NCBI RefSeq assembly: GCF_964204645.1
Contig: NC_134028.1
Location: 13,523,653 to 13,587,652 of the forward strand
Origin: Tubulanus polymorphus
Taxonomy: Eukaryota; Animalia; Nemertea
Reading direction: 5' to 3'
Length of the DNA stretch: 64,000 nt
Positions 37,196-49,100 of the stretch are shown here, one piece after another. Positions within the stretch are counted from its first letter, which is position 1. Each line of letters begins with the position of its first letter. Position numbers and translations under genes: made by a program. The notes under the pieces were generated by a model. That model was given only the letters and a program-made list of their open reading frames with translations, was not told the DNA's origin and ran no database searches.

Positions 37196-40100
37196 AAAAG
37201 TGCTTTTCCTGACGATTTGAGCGCTTTTACGCGTCGACATTGTCGTTTTTCCGATAGGGGGAATATTTGATACGAAAACGTCTTTTCTCGCGCTGAACGA
37301 CGTTTTCGCGTCGAAAAGTGCTTTTCCTGACGATTTGAGCGCTTTTACGCGTCGACATTGTCGTTTTTCCGATAGGGGGAATATTTGATACGAAAACGTC
37401 TTTTCTCGCGCTGAACGACGTTTTCGCGTCGAAAAGTGCTTTTCCTGACGATTTGAGCGCTTTTACGCGTCGACATTGTCGTTTTTCCGATAGGGGGAAT
37501 ATTTGATACGAAAACGTCTTTTCTCGCGCTGAACGACGTTTTCGCGTCGAAAAGTGCTTTTCCTGACGATTTGAGCGCTTTTACGCGTCGACATTGTCGT
37601 TTTTCCGATAGGGGGAATATTTGATACGAAAACGTCTTTTCTCGCGCTGAACGACGTTTTCGCGTCGAAAAGTACTTTTCCTGACGATTTGAGCGCTTTT
37701 ACGCGTCGACATTGTCGTTTTTCCGATAGGGGGAATATTTGATACGAAAACGTCTTTTCTCGCGCTGAACGACGTTTTCGCGTCGAAAAGTGCTTTTCCT
37801 GACGATTTGAGCGCTTTTACGCGTCGACATTGTCGTTTTTCCGATAGGGGGAATATTTGATACGAAAACGTCTTTTCTCGCGCTGAACGACGTTTTCGCG
37901 TCGAAAAGTGCTTTTCCTGACGATTTGAGCGCTTTTACGCGTCGACATTGTCGTTTTTCCGATAGGGGGAATATTTGATACGAAAACGTCTTTTCTCGCG
38001 CTGAACGACGTTTTCGCGTCGAAAAGTGCTTTTCCTGACGATTTGAGCGCTTTTACGCGTCGACATTGTCGTTTTTCCGATAGGGGGAATATTTGATACG
38101 AAAACGTCTTTTCTCGCGCTGAACGACGTTTTCGCGTCGAAAAGTGCTTTTCCTGACGATTTGAGCGCTTTTACGCGTCGACATTGTCGTTTTTCCGATA
38201 GGGGGAATATTTGATAAGAAAACGTCTTTTCTCGCGCTGAACGACGTTTTCGCGTCGAAAAGTGCTTTTCCTGACGATTTGAGCGCTTTTACGCATCGAC
38301 ATTGTCGTTTTTCCGATAGGGGGAATATTTGATACGAAAACGTCTTTTCTCGCGCTGAACGACGTTTTCGGTCCGAAAAGTGCTTTTCCTGACGATTTGA
38401 GCGCTTTTACGCATCGACATTGTCGTTTTTCCGATAGGGGGAATATTTGATACGAAAACGTCTTTTCTCGCGCTGTACGACGTTTTCGCGTCGAAAAGTG
38501 CTTTTCCTGACGATTTGAGCGCTCTTACGCATCGACATTGTCGTTTTTCCGATAGGGGGAATATTTGATACGAAAACGTCTTTTCTCGCGCTGAACGACG
38601 TTTTCGCGTCGAAAAGTGCTTTTCCTGACGATTTGAGCGCTTTTACGCATCGACATTGTCGTTTTTCCGATAGGGGGAATATTTGATACGAAAACGTCTT
38701 TTCTCGCGCTGAACGACGTTTTCGCGTCGAAAAGTGCTTTTCCTGACGATTTGAGCGCTTTTACGCGTCGACATTGTCGTTTTTCCGATAGGGGGAATAT
38801 TTGATACGAAAACGTCTTTTCTCGCGCTGAACGACGTTTTCGCGTCGAAAAGTGCTTTTCCTGACGATTTGAGCGCTTTTACGCGTCGACATTGTCGTTT
38901 TTCCGATAGGGGGAATATTTGATACGAAAACGTCTTTTCTCGCGCTGAACGACGTTTTCGCGTCGAAAAGTGCTTTTCCTGACGATTTGAGCGCTTTTAC
39001 GCGTCGACATTGTCGTTTTTCCGATAGGGGGAATATTTGATACGAAAACGTCTTTTCTCGCGCTGAACGACGTTTTCGCGTCGAAAAGTGCTTTTCCTGA
39101 CGATTTGAGCGCTTTTACGCATCGACATTGTCGTTTTTCCGATAGGGGGAATATTTGATAAGAAAACGTCTTTTCTCGCGCTGAACGACGTTTTCGCGTC
39201 GAAAAGTGCTTTTCCTGACGATTTGAGCGCTTTTACGCATCGACATTGTCGTTTTTCCGATAGGGGGAATATTTGATACGAAAACGTCTTTTCTCGCGCT
39301 GAACGACGTTTTCGGTCCGAAAAGTGCTTTTCCTGACGATTTGAGCGCTTTTACGCATCGACATTGTCGTTTTTCCGATAGGGGGAATATTTGATACGGA
39401 AACGTCTTTTCTCGCGCTGTACGACGTTTTCGCGTCGAAAAGTGCTTTTCCTGACGATTTGAGCGCTCTTACGCATCGACATTGTCGTTTTTCCGATAGG
39501 GGGAATATTTGATACGAAAACGTCTTTTCTCGCGCTGAACGACGTTTTCGCGTCGAAAAGTGCTTTTCCTGACGATTTGAGCGCTTTTACGCATCGACAT
39601 TGTCGTTTTTCCGATAGGGGGAATATTTGATACGAAAACGTCTTTTCTCGCGCTGAACGACGTTTTCGCGTCGAAAAGTGCTTTTCCTGACGATTTGAGC
39701 GCTTTTACGCATCGACATTGTCGTTTTTCCGATAGGGGGAATATTTGATACGAAAACGTCTTTTCTCGCGCTGAACGACGTTTTCGCGTCGAAAAGTGCT
39801 TTTCCTGACGATTTGAGCGCTTTTACGCATCGACATTGTCGTTTTTCCGATAGGGGGAATATTTGATACGAAAACGTCTTTTCTCGCGCTGAACGACGTT
39901 TTCGCGTCGAAAAGTGCTTTTCCTGACGATTTGAGCGCTTTTACGCATCGACATTGTCGTTTTTCCGATAGGGGGAATATTTGATACGAAAACGTCTTTT
40001 CTCGCGCTGAACGACGTTTTCGCGTCGAAAAGTGCTTTTCCTGACGATTTGAGCGCTTTTACGCATCGACATTGTCGTTTTTCCGATAGGGGGAATATTT

Positions 40101-43100
40101 GATACGAAAACGTCTTTTCTCGCGCTGTACGACGTTTTCGCGTCGAAAAGTGCTTTTCCTGACGATTTGAGCGCTTTTACGCATCGACATTGTCGTTTTT
40201 ACGATAGGGGGAGTATTGGATACGAAAACGTCTTTTCTCGCGCTGAACGACGTTTTCGCGTCGAAAAGTGCTTTTCCTGACGATTTGAGCGCTTTTACGC
40301 ATCGACATTATCGTTTTTCCGATCGGGGGAATATTTGATACGAAAACGTCTTTTCTCGCGCTGAACGACGTTTTCGGTCCGAAAAGTGCTTTTCCTGACG
40401 ATTTGAGCGCTTTTACGCATCGACATTGTCGTTTTTTCGATAGGAGGAATATTTGATACGAAAACGTCTTTTCTCGCGCTGAACGACGTTTTCGGGTCGA
40501 AAAGTACTTTTCCTGACGATTTGAGCGCTTTTACGCGTCGACATTGTCGTTTTTCCGATAGGGGGAATATTTGATACGAAAACGTCTTTTCTCGCGCTGA
40601 ACGACGTTTTCGCGTCGAAAAGTGCTTTTCCTGACGATTTGAGCGCTTTTACGCGTCGACATTGTCGTTTTTCCGATAGGGGGAATATTTGATACGAAAA
40701 CGTCTTTTCTCGCGCTGAACGACGTTTTCGCGTCGAAAAGTGCTTTTCCTGACGATTTGAGCGCTTTTACGCATCGACATTGTCGTTTTTCCGATCGGAG
40801 GAATATTTGATACGAAAACGTCTTTTCTCGCGCTGAACGACGTTTTCGGTCCGAAAAGTGCTTTTCCTGACGATTTGAGTGCTTTTACGCATCGACATTG
40901 TCGTTTTTCCGATCGGAGGAATATTTGATACGAAAACGTCTTTTCTCGCGCTGAACGACGTTTTCGGGTCGAAAAGTACTTTTCCTGACGATTTGAGCGC
41001 TTTTACGCATCGACATTGTCGTTTTTCCGATAGGGGGAATATTTGATACGAAAACGTCTTTTCTCGCGCTGAACGACGTTTTCGGTCCGAAAAGTGCTTT
41101 TCCTGACGATTTGAGTGCTTTTACGCATCGACATTGTCGTTTTTCCGATCGGGGGAATATTTGATACGAAAACGTCTTTTCTCGCGCTGAACGACGTTTT
41201 CGCGTCGAAAAGTGCTTTTCCTGACGATTTGAGCGCTTTTACGCATCGACATTGTCGTTTTTTCGATAGGAGGAATATTTGATACGAAAACGTCTTTTCT
41301 CGCGCTGATCGACGTTTTCGCGTCGAAAAGTGCTTTTCCTGACGATTTGAGCGCTTTTACGCATCGACATTATCGTTTTTCCGATCGGGGGAATATTTGA
41401 TACGAAAACGTCTTTTCTCGCGCTGAACGACGTTTTCGGTCCGAAAAGTGCTTTTCCTGACGATTTGAGCGCTTTTACGCATCGACATTGTCGTTTTTTC
41501 GATAGGAGGAATATTTGATACGAAAACGTCTTTTCTCGCGCTGAACGACGTTTTCGGGTCGAAAAGTACTTTTCCTGACGATTTGAGCGCTTTTACGCGT
41601 CGACATTGTCGTTTTTCCGATAGGGGGAATATTTGATACGAAAACGTCTTTTCTCGCGCTGAACGACGTTTTCGCGTCGAAAAGTGCTTTTCCTGACGAT
41701 TTGAGCGCTTTTACGCGTCGACATTGTCGTTTTTCCGATAGGGGGAATATTTGATACGAAAACGTCTTTTCTCGCGCTGAACGACGTTTTCGGGTCGAAA
41801 AGTGCTTTTCCTGACGATTTGAGCGCTTTTACGCGTCGACATTGTCGTTTTTTCGATAGGGGGAATATTTGATACGAAAACGTCTTTTCTCGCGCTGAAC
41901 GACGTTTTCGCGTCGAAAAGTGCTTTTCCTGACGATTTGAGCGCTTTTACGCATCGACATTGTCGTTTTTCCGATCGGAGGAATATTTGATACGAAAACG
42001 TCTTTTCTCGCGCTGAACGACGTTTTCGCGTCGAAAAGTGCTTTTCCTGACGATTTGAGCGCTTTTACGCATCGACATTGTCGTTTTTCCGATAGGGGGA
42101 ATATTTGATACGAAAACGTCTTTTCTCGCGCTGAACGACGTTTTCGGTCCGAAAAGTGCTTTTCCTGACGATTTGAGTGCTTTTTACGCATCGACATTGT
42201 CGTTTTTCCGATCGGAGGAATATTTGATACGAAAACGTCTTTTCTCGCGCTGAACGACGTTTTCGGTCCGAAAAGTGCTTTTCCTGACGATTTGGGCGCT
42301 TTTACGCTTTTTCCGATAGGGGGAATATTTGATACGAAAACGTCTTTTCTCGCGCAGATCGACGTTTTCGGGCCGAAAAGTGCTTTTCCTGACGATTTGA
42401 GCGCTTTTACGCATCGACATTGTCGTTTTTCCGATAGGGGGAGTATTCGATACGAAAACGTCTTTTCTCGCGCTGAACGACGTTTTCGGGCCGAAAAGTG
42501 CTTTTCCTGATGATTTGAGCGCTTTTACGCATCGACATTGTCGTTTTTCCGATAGGGGGAATATTTGATACGAAAACGTCTTTTCTCGCGCTGTACGACG
42601 TTTTCGCGTCGAAAAGTGCTTTTCCTGACGATTTGAGCGCTTTTACGCATCGACATTGTCGTTTTCCCGATAGGGGGGATATTTGATACGAAAACGTCTT
42701 TTCTCGCGCTGAACGACGTTTTCGCGTCGAAAAGTGCTTTTCCTGACGATTTGAGCGCTTTTACGCATCGACATTGTCGTTTTTCCGATAGGGGGAATAT
42801 TTGATACGAAAACGACTTTTCTCGCGCTGAACGACGTTTTCGCGTCGAAAAGTGCTTTTCCTGACGATTTGAGCGCTTTTACGCATCGACATTATCGTTT
42901 TTCCGATCGGGGGAATATTTGATACGAAAACGTCTTTTCTCGCGCTGAACGACGTTTTCGGTCCGAAAAGTGCTTTTCCTGACGATTTGAGCGCTTTTAC
43001 GCATCGACATTGTCGTTTTTTCGATAGGAGGAATATTTGATACGAAAACGTCTTTTCTCGCGCTGAACGACGTTTTCGGGTCGAAAAGTACTTTTCCTGA

Positions 43101-46100
43101 CGATTTGAGCGCTTTTACGCGTCGACATTGTCGTTTTTCCGATAGGGGGAATATTTGATACGAAAACGTCTTTTCTCGCGCTGAACGACGTTTTCGCGTC
43201 GAAAAGTGCTTTTCCTGACGATTTGAGCGCTTTTACGCGTCGACATTGTCGTTTTTCCGATAGGGGGAATATTTGATACGAAAACGTCTTTTCTCGCGCT
43301 GAACGACGTTTTCGGGTCGAAAAGTGCTTTTCCTGACGATTTGAGCGCTTTTACGCGTCGACATTGTCGTTTTTTCGATAGGGGGAATATTTGATACGAA
43401 AACGTCTTTTCTCGCGCTGAACGACGTTTTCGCGTCGAAAAGTGCTTTTCCTGACGATTTGAGCGCTTTTACGCATCGACATTGTCGTTTTTCCGATCGG
43501 AGGAATATTTGATACGAAAACGTCTTTTCTCGCGCTGAACGACGTTTTCGCGTCGAAAAGTGCTTTTCCTGACGATTTGAGCGCTTTTACGCATCGACAT
43601 TGTCGTTTTTCCGATAGGGGGAATATTTGATACGAAAACGTCTTTTCTCGCGCTGAACGACGTTTTCGGTCCGAAAAGTGCTTTTCCTGACGATTTGAGT
43701 GCTTTTACGCATCGACATTGTCGTTTTCCGATCGGAGGAATATTTGATACGAAAACGTCTTTTCTCGCGCTGAACGACGTTTTCGGTCCGAAAAGTGCTT
43801 TTCCTGACGATTTGAGCGCTTTTACGCTTTTTCCGATAGGGGGAATATTTGATACGAAAACGTCTTTTCTCGCGCAGATCGACGTTTTCGGGCCGAAAAG
43901 TGCTTTTCCTGACGATTTGAGCGCTTTTACGCATCGACATTGTCGTTTTTCCGATAGGGGGAGTATTCGATACGAAAACGTCTTTTCTCGCGCTGAACGA
44001 CGTTTTCGGGCCGAAAAGTGCTTTTCCTCATGATTTGAGCGCTTTTACGCATCGACATTGTCGTTTTTCCGATAGGGGGAATATTTGATACGAAAACGTC
44101 TTTTCTCGCGCTGTACGACGTTTTCGCGTCGAAAAGTGCTTTTCCTGACGATTTGAGCGCTTTTACGCATCGACATTGTCGTTTTCCCGATAGGGGGGAT
44201 ATTTGATACGAAAACGTCTTTTCTCGCGCTGAACGACGTTTTCGCGTCGAAAAGTGCTTTTCCTGACGATTTGAGCGCTTTTACGCGTCGACATTGTCGT
44301 TTTTCCGATAGGGGGAATATTTGATACGAAAACGTCTTTTCTCGCGCTGAACGACGTTTTCGCGTCGAAAAGTGCTTTTCCTGACGATTTGAGCGCTTTT
44401 ACGCGTCGACATTGTCGTTTTTCCGATAGGGGGAATATTTGATACGAAAACGTCTTTTCTCGCGCTGAACGACGTTTTCGCGTCGAAAAGTGCTTTTCCT
44501 GACGATTTGAGCGCTTTTACGCATCGACATTGTCGTTTTTCCGATAGGGGGAATATTCGATACGAAAACTTCTTTTCTCGCGCTGAACGACGTTATCGGT
44601 CCGAAAAGTGCTTTTCCTGACGATTTGAGCGCTTTTACGCATCGACATTGTCGTTTTTCCGATAGGGGGAATATTTGATACGAAAACGTCTTTTCTCGCG
44701 CTGAACGACGTTTTCCGTCCGAAAAGTGCTTTTCCTGACGATTTGAGCGCTTTTACGCTTTTTCCGATAGGGGGAATATTCGATACGAAAACGTCTTTTC
44801 TCGCGCTGAACGACGTTTTCGGTCCGAAAAGTGCTTTTCCTGACGATTTGAGCGCTTTTACGCTTTTTCCGATAGGGGGAATATTTGATACGAAAACGTC
44901 TTTTCTCGCGCTGATCGACGTTTTCGGGCCGAAAAGTGCTTTTCCTGACGATTTGAGCGCTTTTACGCATCGACATTGTCGTTTTTCCGATAGGGGGAAT
45001 ATTTGATACGAAAACGTCTTTTCTCGCGCTGTACGACGTTTTCGCGTCGAAAAGTGCTTTTCCTGACGATTTGAGCGCTTTTACGCAACGACATTGTCGT
45101 TTTTTCCGATAGGGGAATATTCGATACGAAAACGTCTTTTCTCGCGCTGAACGACGTTTCGGGCCGAAAAGTGCTTTTCCTGACGATTTGAGTGCTTTTA
45201 CGCTTTTTCCGATAGGGGGAATATTCGATACGAAAACGTCTTTTCTCGCGCTGAACGACGTTTTCGCGTCGAAAAGTGCTTTTCCTGACGATTTGAGCGC
45301 TTTTACGCTTTTTCCGATAGGGGGAATATTCGATACGAAAACGTCTTTTCTCGCGCTGAACGACGTTTTCGGTCCAAAAAGTGCTTTTCCTGACGATTTG
45401 AGCGCTTTTACGTTTTTTTCCGATAGGGGGAATATTTGATACGAAAACGTCTTTTCTCGCGCTGATCGACGTTTTCGGGCCGAAAAGTGCTTTTCCTGAC
45501 GATTTGAGCGCTTTTACGCATCGACATTGTCGTTTTTCCGATAGGGGGAATATTCGATACGAAAAACGTCTTTTCTCGCGCTGAACGACGTTTTCGGGCC
45601 GAAAAGTGCTTTTCCTGACGATTTGAGCGCTTTTACGCATCGACATTGTCGTTTTTCCGATAGGGGGAATATTTGATACGAAAACGTCTTTTCTCGCGCT
45701 GAACGACGTTTTCGGTCCGAAAAGTGCTTTTCCTGACGATTTGAGCGCTTTTACGCTTTTTCCGATAGGGGGAATATTTGATACGAAAACGTCTTTTCTC
45801 GCGCTGATCGACGTTTTCGGGCCGAAAAGTGCTTTTCCTGACGATTTGAGCGCTTTTACGCATCGACATTGTCGTTTTTCCGATAGGGGGAATATTTGAT
45901 ACGAAAACGACTTTTCTCGCGCTGTACGACGTTTTCGCGTCGAAAAGTGCTTTTCCTGACGATTTGAGCGCTTTTACGCAACGACATTGTCGTTTTTCCG
46001 ATAGGGGGAATATTTGATACGAAAACGTCTTTTCTCGCGCTGAACGACGTTTTCGGTCCGAAAAGTGCTTTTCCTGACGATTTGAGCGCTTTTACGCATC

Positions 46101-49100
46101 GACATTGTCGTTTTTCCGATAGGGGGAATATTTGATACGAAAACGTCTTTTCTCGCGCTGAACGACGTTTTCGCGTCGAAAAGTGCTTTTCCTGACGATT
46201 TGAGCGCTTTTACGCATCGACATTGTCGTTTTTCCGATAGGGGGAATATTTGATACGAAAACGTCTTTTCTCGCTCTGAACGACGTTTTCGCGTCGAAAA
46301 GTGCTTTTCCTGACGATTTGAGCGCTTTTACGCATCGACAATGTCGTTTTCCGATAGGGGGAATATTTGATACGAAAACGTCTTTTCTCGCGCTGAACGA
46401 CGTTTTCGGTCCGAAAAGTGCTTTTCCTGACGATTTGAGCGCTTTTACGCATCGACATTGTCGTTTTTCCGATAGGGGGAATATTTGATACGAAAACGTC
46501 TTTTCTCGCGCTGAACGACGTTTTCGGTCCGAAAAGTGCTTTTCCTGACGATTTGAGCGCTTTTACGCATCGACATTGTCGTTTTTCCGATAGGGGGAAT
46601 ATTCGATACGAAAACTTCTTTTCTCGCGCTGAACGACGTTATCGGTCCGAAAAGTGCTTTTCCTGACGATTTGAGCGATTTTACGCATCGACATTGTCGT
46701 TTTTCCGATAGGGGGAATATTTGATACGAAAACGTCTTTTCTCGCGCTGAACGACGTTTTCCGTCCGAAAAGTGCTTTTCCTGACGATTTGAGCGCTTTT
46801 ACGCTTTTTCCGATAGGGGGAATATTCGATACGAAAACGTCTTTTCTCGCGCTGAACGACGTTTTCGGTCCGAAAAGTGCTTTTCCTGACGATTTGAGCG
46901 CTTTTACGCTTTTTCCGATAGGGGGAATATTTGATACGAAAACGTCTTTTCTCGCGCTGATCGACGTTTTCGGGCCGAAAAGTGCTTTTCCTGACGATTT
47001 GAGCGCTTTTACGCATCGACATTGTCGTTTTTCCGATAGGGGAATATTCGATACGAAAACGTCTTTTCTCGCGCTGAACGACGTTTTCGGGCCGAAAAGT
47101 GCTTTTCCTGACGATTTGAGCGCTTTTACGCTTTTTCCGATAGGGGGAATATTCGATACGAAAACGTCTTTTCTCGCGCTGAACGACGTTTTCGCGTCGA
47201 AAAGTGCTTTTCCTGACGATTTGAGCGCTTTTACGCTTTTTCCGATAGGGGGAATATTCGATACGAAAACGTCTTTTCTCGCGCTGAACGACGTTTTCGG
47301 TCCGAAAAGTGCTTTTCCTGACGATTTGAGCGCTTTTACGCTTTTTCCGATAGGGGGAATATTCGATACGAAAACGTCTTTTCTCGCGCTGATCGACGTT
47401 TTCGGGCCGAAAAGTGCTTTTCCTGACGATTTGAGCGCTTTTACGCATCGACATTGTCGTTTTTCCGATAGGGGGAATATTCGATACGAAAACGTCTTTT
47501 CTCGCGCTGAACGACGTTTTCGGGCCGAAAAGTGCTTTTCCTGACGATTTGAGCGCTTTTACGCATCGACATTGTCGTTTTTCCGATAGGGGGAATATTT
47601 GATACGAAAACGTCTTATCTCGCGCTGAACGACGTTTTCGGTCCGAAAAGTGCTTTTCCTGACGATTTTACGCATCGACATTGTCGTTTTCCCGATAGGG
47701 GGAATATTTGATACGAAAATGTCTTTTCTCGCGCTGACCGACGTTTTCGCGTCGAAAAGTGCTTTTCCTGACGATTTGAGCGCTTTTACGCATCGACATT
47801 GTCGTTTTTCCGATAGGGGGAATATTTGATACGAAAACGTCTTTTCTCTCGCTGAACGACGTTTTCGCGTCGAAAAGTGCTTTTCCTGACGATTTGAGCG
47901 CTTTTACGCATCGACATTGTCGTTTTTCCGATAGGGGGAATATTTGATACGAAAACGTCTTTTCTCGCGCTGAACGACGTTTTCGCGTCGAAAAGTGCTT
48001 TTCCTGACGATTTGAGCGCTTTTACGCATCGACATTGTCGTTTTTTCCGATAGGGGGAATATTTGATACGAAAACGTCTTTTCTCGCGCTGAACGACGTT
48101 TTCGGTCCGAAAAGTGCTTTTCCTGACGATTTGAGCGCTTTTACGCATCGACATTGTCGTTTTTCCGATAGGGGGAATATTTGATACGAAAACGTCTTTT
48201 CTCGCGCTGAACGACGTTTCGGTCCGAAAAGTGCTTTTCCTGACGATTTGAGCGCTTTTACGCATCGACATTGTCGTTTTTCGATAGGGGGAATATTTGA
48301 TACGAAAACGTCTTTTCTCGCGCTCTACGACGTTTTCCGTCCGAAAAGTGCTTTTCCAGACGATTTGAGCGCTTTTACGCATCGACATTGTCGTTTTTCC
48401 GATAGGGGGAATATTTGATACGAAAACGTCTTTTCTCGCGCTGAACGACGTTTTCGGTCCGAAAAGTGCTTTTCCTGACGATTTGAGCGCTTTTACGCAT
48501 CGACATTGTCGTTTTTCCGATAGGGGGAATATTCGATACGAAAACTTCTTTTCTCGCGCTGAACGACGTTATCGGTCCGAAAAGTGCTTTTCCTGACGAT
48601 TTGAGCGCTTTTACGCATCGAATTGTCGTTTTCCGATAGGGGGAATATTTGATACGAAAACGTCTTTCTCGCGCTGAACGACGTTTTCCGTCCGAAAAGT
48701 GCTTTTCCTGACGATTTTGAGCGCTTTTACGCTTTTTCCGATAGGGGAATATTCGATACGAAAACGTCTTTTCTCGCGCTGAACGACGTTTTCGGTCCGA
48801 AAAGTGCTTTTCCTGACGATTTGAGCGCTTTTACGCTTTTTCCGATAGGGGGAATATTTGATACGAAAACGTCTTTTCTCGCGCTGATCGACGTTTTCGG
48901 GCCGAAAAGTGCTTTTCCTGACGATTTGAGCGCTTTTACGCATCGACATTGTCGTTTTTCCGATAGGGGAATATTTGATACGAAAACGTCTTTTCTCGCG
49001 CTGTACGACGTTTTCGCGTCGAAAAGTGCTTTTCCTGACGATTTGAGCGCTTTTACGCATCGACATTGTCGTTTTTCCGATAGGGGGAATATTTGATACG

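Noticed and set aside
32309-37199. Classical LTR retrotransposon with a 4-bp AAAA target-site duplication
   Set aside because: There are no TG...CA LTRs, protease or DDE integrase. The repeats are split (A/B), and the extra As are explained by the element's own junction.
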